Positions 51,651-64,000 of a stretch of DNA of 64,000 bases are shown one piece after another. Location: contig JAQGDQ010000111.1 in assembly GCA_030141605.1 (NCBI GenBank), positions 496,001 through 560,000 on the forward strand, read 5' to 3'. Both the position numbers and the translations under genes were made by a program. The DNA comes from Tubiluchus corallicola (lineage: Eukaryota > Animalia > Priapulida). Within the stretch, counting starts at the first letter, position 1. Each line of letters starts with the position of its first letter. Below the pieces are notes generated by a model. The model was not told the DNA's origin and did not search any database. It worked only from the letters and a program-made list of their open reading frames with translations.

Positions 51651-53924
51651 TGGATAATGAGAACAATTGATCCAAAGGCTAAAGCAAAGTGCTTGAAGTG
51701 ATGAGAGGAAACCAGTTTCTGCAATGGTTTGGGAAACTTGTCTCTCAAAATCAACATTAAACCAAAATTAAATTATTGTAAAGAAATTTTTAGAAAAAGT
51801 GAACTTAAACTAAATATCATTTCAGTATAGTAATGTAGATAGTTGCATATTGCACTAAAACTAAAACATTACTACCTTTAAATTCTTTTAGTGATGTGTG
51901 GGCCTACATTTTATCATTCGCATACAAATTTCGAATGATTTATAATTATAGGATTTATTTCGAATTATCGTAAACACAATACATTCATTTGGGTTAGTTG
52001 TATAAGTAAATAATAAAAGATTTAAATTTATTATAGAAAATGCCAATGTGTACATACAGAACAATATGTAACATACAAAGTTTATAAATCATCATCACAT
52101 GAAGACACGTCAAGTCAACACTATAAGAAAGCTTGTGCAGTGTAAACTTAATAAATGGCATGAATGAATACAAGAAAGATAATTTAAAGAAAAAAAGGTG
52201 ATGAAAACACAAAAATGAGAAAAAGGATACGTATGCGAAAACCACATACGCATGCGAAATTAAATTTGATTTTACATTATATCATTACAAATTATTCGCA
52301 ACATGAATGTTGTAGAATATCATTTAACTACTGATTGTCTAAAAAGGAAAAATCATTCTGTATAAGTCGTTTAAAATTCCTTGAACAAATAAAAGAATGA
52401 GGTTTTGGGAGGCCTTACGTAGGCCTAATTCACGTTAATAATTTTTTTTACATATAGTCATGTTCATATGTTCATAACTATAGTTAAATAAATTTGAGTC
52501 TAAATAAAGTTTTTAGTTTGGTCTGCCTGTTTGTAAAAAACCAACGAGATGTAGGTGCCATACGTCTATCACCTCGAAGATGAGGCAAGTAGCGTTTATA
52601 AACGTTGTTTTCGTCCTTTATTAATAAAGGAGAGAAAAAATAGCTTGTTTGCAGCCCTAACGCTTTGTTTAGTTTGTTTTTTTAATAAGGCCTAGAGCTC
52701 ATTGCACGAATGTACGTCATTAGCCCATTTTACCTTATATCTTTTTAACAAACATTAAATCAGCAAGTTTTTGAAATTGTGATTAACCAAGAGGTTACGG
52801 CGTTTTGCTGTATCGCAAGCTTTACGTATTTTTACGCTGGTCAAACCAGGCATATCGCCCTTTGCGAGTTTGAAGTTGTTGTTGTTGCTTTTGGTATTAC
52901 CTGAACACAAAAGCTTGATGTTTAGAAAAGTGACTATATGGGTTTTTTCAGCGTTCAAAAAATTAAAATTATATTAATTAATTTGAAAAGCTTGTATAAT
53001 ATTGACTCCACTTTTGACTACCAGCAACCATACCCCCTATTTGTCAGGAATCTGTCGTTGTTTCAGGAAATTCACTTACTTTACTATTTACCTTGTTTAC
53101 TGCGCGTTTTGGTAGATTAACTTGATTGTTGTGAAGTAAATTTTGTTCTTATTAATTTTTATTTTTGTTTATTTTGACCGTTGGTTAAACGATGTGTCTT
53201 GATTATCTAGTGAGACGATATTTCTAGTACAGTACGCAAATGAATGCAAACGAATACAACTTTTTTTAATCTTCAGAATCTTTACTTAAATTTATGACAA
53301 TTTTCCTTCTAAAGTCATAGACATACTTTATTTACTAAAATACTAAAATATTTATATAAATTTTTAAACAACTATAGTCATAGCAGTTTTGATGCATACT
53401 TGTTTATCTGAATCTCTACTTTTATTCTTGGCTTTACTGTTGTTAAGTTATTTAAATGTAATTTAAATGTTATTTAATCGCTATATCAAATGTACAATGC
53501 AACGTTTTACATCACATCACATTACAACATTTTCTGCTATTCAATATTTTAAAAAAATAGTGTTTTAAGCAAAATGATTATGAAAAAATTACAAATTTTT
53601 AATCCACATAGATAATTATAATTTTTAATTAGTAAGTTATAATATTGAAATTGAAATGTTTTGCTTTGCAGTTCAATTAAAAATGACACATAACTTGAGG
53701 TGGTGTAACGTCTTGTTATAAAATTATGCAAAACATTGCAACACACTGCTTATAAATGTATTAAATTATCAAAAAAGGTCTAGATTTATCAAACAGTCAA
53801 ACAATTAAGTCTACATTTTACAATAAAATTTACATGTATCAATAATCTGCAAGTCTGTGACTGTGTACTCACTGAAAACTACATAATAGCACAAATACTT
53901 GCAGATTTTATGTATAATACTCCA

Positions 53925-54075
53925 CCCTCCAATCAGTCCAATGACAGCAACATTATACAACACGTTTACAATACAAGAGGCGTGGCCAAACGGCGAGATT
54001 CCCTTTTGATCATTCGCCGCCATCCAATCAATGCACGTGAAGGGCTTTAGATTTTAGTAAGCCCCTATAACAAGT
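53925..54075 (+). promoter_or_regulatory. Candidate Wnt2 proximal promoter
   Basis: Three CCAAT boxes (53929, 53938, 54024), GC-box-like GGCGTGGC (about 53979), E-box CACGTG (54034) and TATAA (54066), 230-370 bp upstream of the first ATG. Confidence 0.55.
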
Positions 54076-54301
54076 CTACCCTAATCTAATCCTCCGACAA
54101 CCTGTGATTTTAGTAACTAGTAATCAACGGTTTAGACGATAAACGATATACACCGAAAACTGTGAATATTGAAAAAGATTTATTGATTATTGATTATCGA
54201 TTTGCGCTACCAGTCAACTATCAATGTAGGGCACGAAATAATCACAATACTAAAGACACTTAAACTCGTAATTTAACTGAAAAGTGGAAAATTTTACTTG
54301 A

Positions 54302-54432
54302 ATGTTTGGTGGAATGTTTTTCAAGTGGCGAGAACGACGAGAAATGGCGGAAATGGTGAAACAGGGAAATGTTTTTATTTCCGGATTGTTTATATTGATA
54401 TTTTGCACAAGATTCGTGGATGCTAATTGGTG
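54302..54432 (+). CDS. WNT2: Wnt2 exon 1 (signal peptide)
   Basis: ...MAEMVKQGNVFISGLFILIFCTRFVDANWW; donor TG|GTAAGT at the phase-2 WW junction typical of Wnts. The start may be 54302, 54314, 54344 or 54353. Confidence 0.8.
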
Positions 54433-56781
54433 GTAAGTAGTTCTAAACGCTGGCATAAATGTTGATTTTATGACTAACCGTAAAATCAGCTTTTAGTTAC
54501 AGAAAATGGCTCTGGCAAAAATTATAAAATATTTTATTAGATATAAAAATCATGTTAATTAAAAAAATGAAACACTATTTACTGCGAGAATTTGAGAAAA
54601 TTTAGGCCCAATGTAAAAAAATGTATCATTTTTGTAAAAACAGTAGATAATGACTTTAGATGGATGTGTTTAATGTACAATGGCTAACTTTTCATTTGTG
54701 TTTTAATTTTAAAAAGTTAAGTTAGGACAAACAAAAGATACAGTGTCGATTAATTAATCAAAAATATTGAGAAAAATAAAAACGAAACAAATCGAAACTT
54801 TTTCCAATAAAAAATTATTTTAGCCTAATTTTGACCTAGGCTTAGATCAAATCACATTGACAATAATTTCACTGAAAACTAATCTAGATTAAATTAATTG
54901 TTTGTAGAGCGTTTAGTTAGAGGTACTTGTCTGAATTTAACCGTTTGTTTCATTAATTCAATGAATTTTTTGCCTCCTTTACGTCACCAGACAATTTAAT
55001 TTTCTTACAGCTGGTAAATCTTATCCTGGTTTTGATTATAAACTTCATTATTCAAATTGAAATTTAATATTGTTGCCGCTCGCCGTGGTATCACGTGCAT
55101 CATTCCAAAATGTAGCGATTTTTTTGGGCTCGCACCCGTCATGTAGCCTACACCTATTAATCTATAGCGCAAATCATTTTGTTCTCACAAACTTCAGTAG
55201 CATTACTTCTTAAAAACAGAAAATTTGTATTAAAAAAGCTGAAACAAGTACAGAAACGCTGCAAATTAAAACCGTCGAATCGCGCGTTAGAAAAGAAGAT
55301 CTGGCGAATGTAATAAAAAATGTTAGTACTTTTGTAATAAAATATTTATCGAAAAATTTTCAAAACGAATAACAATGGTAAATTGGATGAAAACTTTAAC
55401 ACTTTCTTAATTTGATTGTAAATAAAGTACAGCCGTTCTTTTCAAAGCGATGTATTTAAATTTTTGTTTTCTTTATCAAAACACATAATTATGAAATTTT
55501 ACATTTCGCGTGTTTTAAGTTTACTGTCGAATACAGCGTGACTTTGGTGCATTTAATTTTGAGGTAACATGCAAATTAATATGTTTGTAGTAATTACACA
55601 GGCTTATATTGCACAGGGAATGTATACGTGACGTGTTCACAACCGCCCATCGCTCTTCATCCAATTCCATATGACAAAACTATAGATCTTCTACGTACTT
55701 CGTTTGGTTTCCGTTTGTTTAGCTTTCAAATCCAAAAAATATCCCCAATGATACCCACAGCTTATAACACATAAAATTAAACAATTAATTAGGCAACTGA
55801 ATTTGTTGCGAGCAAAAATGACTAAAATACGTGTTCCCTATTAGCTTCTTTTATTTCAGTTTCATTCAATTTTAATAAATTAAAATGGATTTGAATTATG
55901 TTTGAATTTGGCAATACCAAACGGAACATAAAGTCGTTTTTCTGTTGTTTTATTTTAAAGGCAACGATGGAATTTTAGTCTCTATTCTTAATCGAATCCA
56001 ATCTATTTTTTGTATCGGTAATTTTCCCTTAAGGGCCATTTCCATAAATGCCCACATAATTTTCCAGAGCAACTGAAGCCCTGCTGATACTTTTAATAGC
56101 ATCTTAAAACCGTAACGCTTCTTAAACACCTACACTTTGGTATAAAAATGATAATCTCCTGTCTAACATAATTTGGACATCATTATTATTATTGTTATGA
56201 TTAGTATCATAATTATGGGCTTGTGTGGGTTAAAATTTACCGTAAATAATTTTTGTATGGATTCGATTAATTGATTTAAATATTTATTGTAAAATCTAGG
56301 TTCACACATGCAAAATACATTCAAAACAAAAATTGTTCACACAACGATTAAAAATATTTACAATTATAATGACTTAGTTAGTAGTACACAAAGTAAACAT
56401 TTGAATAAACTATATAGAAGCAATAAAGAAGTTCTATCCGTTTCTTTCTAGATGTGGCACACCTTTTAAGCAGCTGACGGAACCAAGTAAAAGTAAATAA
56501 GAAAAAAAAACAAAAAAAAAATTTAATGTTGAGCAGTTTTCCAAGAACCATTAATTGTTTTAATTTGGTAGAAATTAAAAATGCTTAAATATTGCCTATT
56601 TGTTTTAGCCAAGGTACTCTGATATGCAATGATTATATAGATATATTATAAGCTGTAATAAGGGTAGATAATAATACAAGTATACAGATATTATAGGCTT
56701 ATGAATTTATAACACACACGTCATGACACATGTGAAAATTGCAACTTTCATAGTTTACGTTCATTAAAAATTATGTTAAAG

Positions 56782-56932
56782 GTTTCTGAGTCAGCTACAA
56801 CTGAGTGCTGTTGGAACTCGTGGAGTAATGTGTGATAATATTCCCGGATTAGTAGGACGGCAACGGCAAATATGTAAACTTCATCCGGACATCATGATAT
56901 CCATAGGCGAGGGCGCACGGGCAGGAGTGCAA
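56782..56932 (+). CDS. WNT2: Wnt2 exon 2
   Basis: [50 protein letters not shown]; AAG acceptor. Confidence 0.9.
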
Positions 56933-57380
56933 GTAGGTAGAATAAACGGATCTAAAAACATTTTTTGCATTAAAATAGCCTTGCCGTTTTTATCCATTTA
57001 ATAATTTTACTTTTTATTTATAATCACTTATTCGAGCAAACATTTTTAGTTAATCTGAAAGGGCAGCATAACGGAAAATAAATGTAACCGTCTTTAGAAA
57101 TGTAAAATAAAATGCAAAATTCTTTCCTAAACTGAGAATTGAACCATAATCTTTTGAATTTCGAGTAGCTGTGACGACATGGAATAGCCATTACATCTAA
57201 AAGTTAAAAATCAACCTACGTAAGAGACCTGATCTGGAAAGACTATTACAGCAGTTAAACTTCTGACATCTTTATTGACTAATTTGCTGATTTACCGCGT
57301 ATACAACTGGTCACAACTTTATTCTAAAAAGGAGCCATCAATGGGATAGAATAGCTTTACCTGACCGAATATTATTTTAG

Positions 57381-57468
57381 GAATGTCAGAATCAATTTCA
57401 AGGCCACCGGTGGAACTGCACCACAGTCGATAAAGACGCTACTGTCTTCGGCAAGGTCATGTTAAAAG
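57381..57468 (+). CDS. WNT2: Wnt2 exon 3
   Basis: [29 protein letters not shown]. Confidence 0.94.
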
Positions 57469-60400
57469 GTAAGACGAATAAATGAATTAATTAACAGCAA
57501 TCATTAGTGAAAAACTTGGGTATTTACTTATGCAACTATGCAAATTCAGTTACTTCCAAAACAAACAAACTTCATAGTTACAATGCGCTATAACAAACTT
57601 AATATTTTTACGTGTTTTTCACGTTTTTTTTTATCAAAACCAAATTAAAAACAAACATAAACAATTTTGTGCGCACAAAAAACGCAAATTAAAATTGTTA
57701 CTTTTAATTAGAAAAAGTTTATACAGTAGATTAGAACTGCACGAAGTATTTTTAATTAAAGATATCGATTTTGATTTCGCCGCTTATCTAATAATTTTAT
57801 CCAGAAAATTAATAAGATGCATAAAATAATTATACTTAGGTATGTAGGTTTAACTGCATTAAAAGGTTATTCCATACAACATAAAATTTAAAATACGACT
57901 GTAAAAAAGATAATTAGCTGCCTACAATTTCCAGTTAAGATGCGAAACGAAATCCGGGTAAAATAGTTTTTCCCATGAGAAAAACTAGAGCGACCTTCTG
58001 ATTACCCGTTCAGCGTTAATTAGTTAATGATCGATTCACAATCAATCAATTATACCTGCATTGCTACCTTATACACCTTTATACCTGACAAGCGCTGTTT
58101 GATTATGACATGAGAAAATACTAGTTATAACCAACTCTGCCTGGTCCAAGAACAATGACTCACTTTATGAAGGCTGCGCGTTAGCAACTGCTCCATTGTT
58201 TCTGCGCAGGTTGGACTTTTGTCTAATCATACAATGCTGATTGACCACTCAATTCATTAATATCCCATCTGCATTGTTTTGCGTGTCCGGTACAAGTCCC
58301 AAGTTAGGACGTCCTGTATGCTGGGATTAGAGCTGCCCATTGTACAGGGTGTTCTGTCTCATTGTACAGGGTGACTTGTGAAATACCGAAAGTAAGTACT
58401 GAGTGCGTTGTTTTCTGGTTTTATTGCACCTAAATGTACCAGATTTTCTTGTTAATTTGGCGACAGGCTTTATACAATAATTTGGCTGTCTGGTTGTGAC
58501 AACTGCAATTCCCACGAAGATATTATGGGCATGGTTTCTGTGTAACCACATACTTTCTTTTTTACTTCGGTATTACTACACTCCAAAATAGCACTAAAAG
58601 CACCGACAATTTTATCGAATCGTAAGGGTGGTTAACATTGTCTAAATTAAAGCTTCTAATAAGTGATTCTTATCCCCAGATTCTTAATTTTCAGTGTAAA
58701 GTAACGTGAAAATTTTTCATCAACAAAAAGTATCTGGCAACGCGCACTTGAACTTATCTTTCGGTTTTTACACTGTAACAATAATTTGAAAAATAAACGC
58801 AATGCGTACTCATCAATCCGTCTAAAAAGTCATTAAACTTAAAGTGTTGTTCAAAAATAATAAGCCATGTAACTTATGGCGCTACTAATAGCGAACAACC
58901 AAAAATGAATGTTGATTTTTCTTTTATTCGTTATACGAGTACATAACTTGAACAGTCTTTTAAGCAGTTGATATAGAAGAGATAAATATATACTGTTAGT
59001 ATACTGAGGATGAAATGATAGAACAAAGGGGCCGCTTTGGCATCCCAAAAAGCACAACAAGCATTGTCTGACAATTCTATCTATCCCCTAATCTGCTCCT
59101 ACTGTTGTTCTTGAATTCCACACAAGCTGTTCAAGGCGGGCTGGGCGGAAGATCCTTTTATACCGGTCAGTGAATGACCACTGCACAGCACTATCCATGT
59201 GGTCCTTAATAACACCTACACATTGAGCACTGAGCAGGTTGCTGTTGTTGTTGCTACTGCTGTTGCTGTGGCTATTGTCGTCAATGATACTGAAATAGCT
59301 GGAGCCACTACGACAGATGAAACCACACAGAACATTTTTATTGTCATTCACCCAATTATTAATCAGGTCTAGTTTTGTCCAACTTCGGTCACTAAGTACA
59401 AACCATTTTCATTCAACTACAGTACTATTGTTGCTGTTGCCTGATGACGGTAATGATCCTGTTGCCACAAAATTCTTGCCACGATTTCTTATTTTTATTG
59501 CTGCTGCTGCTTTTGCTATGGTTGTCGTAGTTGCTTTTTCTTTATTGGCTTCGGAAGGGTGGTAATTTAAATTGATTTTCTAGATTTACCAACTAAGAAA
59601 ATTTTTAACAAAAACTTGTACGAAAAGCTTAGGTTGTTCGAATTTATCAAACGTTCTGCCAAGAATGACGTAAGCAGCTTGAACTTGTCAAACTTGTTTC
59701 ATAATAAGGCTTTTTTGCGTTTCTGCTTTTTATGACGTCACATCGTGTGGCAGTCAAACGAGTTAAACAATTAGGAAAAGGCCTAATACTCTTTGAACTA
59801 CGTACATGTCTACCAGCCCTAAAGAAAGAGCATACATATAGGCTACAGTTGTATTTAAACGCACGCTAAGTTGTTATATTAATTTTATGGAAAACGTAGC
59901 AAATCAAGACGGGCAGTGATTGCTCATTTAAAGCGCACACGCTCCATCATACAAAAACAATAAGAGCTAATCTTCTAAACACAAAGGGATAATCCAGTGT
60001 CTGGTGTCATAAACAAAGCCGACAACAGGGGAATACATAGAATACTTTGAACAGCATTGCAAGACGTAATGAAAGTGACCACTAAAAGCGAACAGTAAAC
60101 AATGATATTTAAATCCGAATGTTAAAGGTAACATTGAAAGTAGACGTATAAAGGTACATCCTTATCGTCATGTTTAGTATTATCAACTTATCAGCATCAT
60201 CGACATCATCATTATCATATCATCGCCGTCGTCGTCATCAGTATTAGCTAATAGCCGCAGTAACAGGGCAGTGGCTGAACTGACATGGAGAATCGATAAA
60301 CCAAGTTCAAGTCGGTACACAATACTCGTGAAAACTTGAGTAACATTATGCAAGATGACAGTTGAACTGGGGTCAAAAGTCACATAAAGGTCACACAGAG

Positions 60401-60763
60401 ACGAAAACCGCAAGCAACTATTAACACATATGCGCCAATCTAGCGGAGTTTACAAGATTGTAGACACTGAATTTTACAGCTTCCTTGATTTTTAGCAACA
60501 TTTTACTACTGCTCTTTCACCAAATTCAATGTGGGTGCATTAGCTGAACGTTCTACATTTTTTATGCAGAAAGTGTTTGTAGTGTGTTAGCAAACTGCAT
60601 GGCAACTGTTCAAAGACTATGGCCCATTTGCTAACGATGCCCATTGTATAGTGAAGATTTTCTTATACATAATTTATAGTAAACTACATGTAATATAGTA
60701 AAATGATTATACAGACTTGTAATTAGTTAACTAACTAATAAGATGTTTTTGTGTATTTAGTAG

Positions 60764-60876
60764 GTAGCAGGGAAGCAGCGTTTGTCTACAGTGTCAGTTC
60801 GGCTGGGGTCGTCCACTCAATCACTAGGGCGTGTAGCGAAGGAACGTTGATAAACTGCGCCTGCGATCCAAACAAG
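60764..60876 (+). CDS. WNT2: Wnt2 exon 4
   Basis: [38 protein letters not shown]; tandem TAGTAG acceptor (60761 or 60764). Confidence 0.93.
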
Positions 60877-61821
60877 GTACTGTAAGCGCATATATTTCAA
60901 CAATGTTTTTATTTTAACAGTTCAAGACAGTAAGAACAGCATAACTGTTCAGAAAATATGCAACATTAAATATAGAATAAAAAATTACAAATGTTTTCAG
61001 TCTATTTGCTGATATTGCACAATATGTGATAACGCAGCAAGTGTCTTCTAACCACATTAAATTTTATTTTGGTTTTACATATATGCGTCTGCAGAGCCAT
61101 CTATTGATTAAGACAAGAGATGTTGCTGAGAAAATAAAAAAGTTTGTCATTGAGGTTGTTCATGTTTGATCAAACAATTATTGAGAAATTCGGTTCAATT
61201 GCATGTTCAATATATAACCTTATTGTTTGCCGGAAAAATGACAAAGCTGTACCTTCAACGCTAAACCCCGGTTTTTACTTGTAAGGCAAAAAAACCTTGC
61301 GGTGGGTAAGAAATAAATGTTCCAAATACTTTTCCATCAGTTTAAGCCTTCGGAAATGTGTATGTATGACTCAAGCAGGTAAATATTACTGAGCAATTTC
61401 AATAATTGTGATGATGTTTCAAGCGCTGTGTGTTAACACATATAATCACCAAAAATTGTAATGTGTTAACTATAGATTATTGTTGTGTAAAACAAATAAT
61501 CTCTTACATAGGCCTACCAATTAGTGTGTACTTATTAACAGATAAACGACAGTTGTAGTTATACAGCATTATCAAATTTGCATTGTACATTACATTATCA
61601 TTACATTAGCTATTCAGTCACATTCGACAAAGTTGTATGGCCGAATTCTTGTTTCACAAGTTATTTTAAACTATACTGCAGCTACTTTTGCTACTGTTAG
61701 GCAACAAGAAAAGGCCAGCAAAATGGAAAGCACTGAATCAATTTAAAAATTACAAGCCGACATAATCAATGACAATCACCTGAAGCATTTCACACGTTTT
61801 GTTCTATTTTTTCATCTGTAG

Positions 61822-61986
61822 GCAGGTAAAGATATTGACTGGAAGGGGGAGTACACCTGGGGAGGATGTAGCGACAATGTCAGGTACGGGAGTCAGTTTT
61901 CTCGGATGTTCATCGATGCAAGAGAGAAGAAGCAAAAAGATGCTAGAGCTCTGATGAACCTGCACAACAACAGGGCTGGACGCAAG
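61822..61986 (+). CDS. WNT2: Wnt2 exon 5
   Basis: [55 protein letters not shown]. Confidence 0.95.
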
Positions 61987-62071
61987 GTGAGAACTTGAGG
62001 CTCTAATGAGCTCCAAAAAGTGCACTCTTTTTTATGTTTAAAAAGGCTGAAGCAGTTGCAGTAACTATAAG

Positions 62072-62468
62072 CAGTGCTGGATTACCCAATAGGCTACTAT
62101 AGGTTGCAGCCTAGGACACCTCAAGCTTGGGGGCGTACATTGCATGGCTGAATAATTCATAAAACTTAAAATAAAATTTCAACTTTAAAAAATGAGGCCA
62201 GGAAGCCTGAAAATCCAATTTTAAAGTGGCTCCTCATTTAAGATAAAGGATCCCTGTTTAAGGCCTTTTATTTGAGACAAATGGCCCTTGTTTGAAGCCC
62301 ATTATTTGGGATAAGGGCCCCTCTTTGAAGCCCTTTATTTGAAATATGGGGCCCTACTATGCATATGTATATCCAAGATGAGTGCAGGAAAATAGAGGGT
62401 GGCTCTTGTCTGAGGGTACCCCATAATTTCAATAGCGAGTGGGTCCAAAAGTTCATAATCCGGCCTTG
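62072..62468 (+). mobile_element. hAT-like MITE
   Basis: TIRs CAGTGCTGGATTA / TAATCCGGCCTTG; imperfect 8-bp TSD ACTATAAG / ACTATTAC; internal GGCCC repeats. Confidence 0.65.
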
Positions 62469-62734
62469 ACTATTACCCATGATTGTAGTATATTTAGTCG
62501 TGTGTGTCTGCCTGTCTGTCCTTCCGCACTATAAAAATTATGAAGTTGTAACAGGGACATACCTGAGCAATAACTGAAAAAACAGATTTTTTGTATGAAA
62601 GGTCAAAGGTCAACATCACTAGTCAAAAATGTTTAAATAAATTTCTACCCATAGATACTTCATGCCAGGGCATAAATTTGCACAACTACTGAGTGCTTTT
62701 ATTCTGGTTTACAAATCAGTTTTTACGTTCACAG

Positions 62735-62890
62735 GCTGTTCAGAAGTTCACAAAACTGGAGTGCAAATGTCACGGTGTAAGCGGTGCCTGTACCATACGG
62801 ACATGCTGGCGAGAAATGCAGGATTTCCGGAAAGTGGGAAAGTTCCTGAAGAAGAAGTACAGTGAAGCAACCAAGGTCATGAGTAATCAG
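62735..62890 (+). CDS. WNT2: Wnt2 exon 6 (contains the Wnt signature and acylated Ser)
   Basis: [52 protein letters not shown]. Confidence 0.96.
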
Positions 62891-63612
62891 GTAATAATCA
62901 CAATTTTGTGGACCAATTTTGTTTTCATCATTCTTCATTTTTGGTAATTTCGATTTTTTATTATTTTTCAACCACATCTTTATTTCTCGGTTTTGAACTT
63001 TGAGATGCACAGTCCAGATTTCTACTTTTTTAACAATTTCTCTACTGCTTTTCTTTGATATTTACAATTTACCACACTTAGCTGACAGAAACAGGTTCTC
63101 ATCTTCAAATAATATGCCATTGTTCTACGGCCTACGTAATAAATAATTATTTTTATAGCAATGGGTTATTTGTGTTAATGGAAATATTATGTTTTTGCAA
63201 AAGCTGCAAAGTAAAATATTCTAAATACATCAGCTACTAATGACATGACTAATATACACAATTAACTAATTCTGAATTGAGTTGGGCAAATCAGGTGGTG
63301 ACCAATCTTCGAAAACCAAAAAAGTACATCCGGACATTTCGGACTGATAAAATCATACTGTCAGCTTCTCTGCAGGTAATGAGAAAGAGTCCCCTGTGAG
63401 ATATTTTATTAGGTTAATCAGTTTCAGGACCAGTACCTTCTAGTAAGTACAGCCGTGCTGCCCCCGTGTAGCATTGTATCAGTTACGCAATAAGTATGTG
63501 TATTATTGCATCAAGCAGAGAGTAGGTGCTGCCCCCCGTGTGACATTTCAGTACGTTACACATTAATTACAAGTACTGTTACATTAAGCCCCGGTATCGT
63601 CGTCCTCTACAG

Positions 63613-63721
63613 GAAGGCACAAGTCTGATCATCGCTTCGAGTAAGAAGAAGAGAATCGGGAAAACGGACCTTGTATTCCTGGAACAGTCACCAGATTACT
63701 GCATACAGAATTCTGATACAG
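63613..63721 (+). CDS. WNT2: Wnt2 exon 7
   Basis: EGTSLIIASSKKKRIGKTDLVFLEQSPDYCIQNSDT; donor CAG|GTAAG, phase 1. Confidence 0.94.
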
Positions 63722-64000
63722 GTAAGAACTAAAATTAAGCTGTGAAAAACAACATTAGCTCTGGTCATATTCTGCATGGAGATGTTTTGTCAGTGATGTT
63801 TATTCAGATGTTATGAAGCCAGTAGACAACATAGATCACAGCTTTATAGAATACATAAACAATGCAAAACAATGGCCACTCATAGTAAGGGGTTACAGCT
63901 AGTAAAAAGGGACAACTAGAATGCATATCCAAAAAAAATCACATAATTTGTAAATGATTTGCTAGTGATTGAAGGCATTTGTTGGTGTCCTTCTCAAATC

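Larger units (their letters stand above)
54302..63721 (+). other. WNT2: Wnt2 gene span (7 coding exons in window; last exon beyond the right edge)
   Basis: Phase-consistent GT-AG joins; Wnt2-type motifs [57 protein letters not shown]. Confidence 0.9.

Noticed and set aside
62765-62800. [10 protein letters not shown] instead of the common [10 protein letters not shown] as loss of Wnt lipidation
   Set aside because: The acylated serine is the one in GVSG, which is retained.

Overview
AT-rich, intron-rich animal genomic DNA from a non-insect invertebrate. It retains Wnt2 and has TTAGGG-type repeats; a lophotrochozoan is plausible, but that is inference only. Three spliced genes were reconstructed by hand from GT-AG sites and reading frames. 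(1) The 5' part of MCM3AP/GANP (xmas-2/Sac3 family) on the minus strand, with a 2.2-kb exon encoding an FG-repeat region and an RRM; the gene runs off the left edge. (2) A complete 13-exon ST7 on the plus strand: join 9784-9934, 22832-22914, 25021-25186, 31495-31665, 32884-32962, 34598-34752, 36098-36195, 37101-37215, 38128-38303, 38925-39075, 39878-39970, 41804-41943, 48085-48180 (557 aa), plus a probable alternative first coding exon at 16891-16903. (3) Wnt2 on the plus strand: join 54302-54432, 56782-56932, 57381-57468, 60764-60876, 61822-61986, 62735-62890, 63613-63721; the last exon is beyond the right edge. Introns contain many MITEs, micro- and minisatellites and decayed transposon fragments. 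The most interesting observations are the two alternative ST7 N-termini, a GC-rich hairpin enclosing the ST7 UGA-C stop with a 25-codon in-frame extension, ST7-Wnt2 adjacency in tandem rather than the vertebrate convergent orientation, three extra phase-0 introns in Wnt2, two decayed Penelope-type hammerhead-like motifs, and a MITE family with a telomeric-repeat core. No rRNA, intact tRNA or CRISPR array was seen. All family assignments rest on recalled motifs, not database searches.
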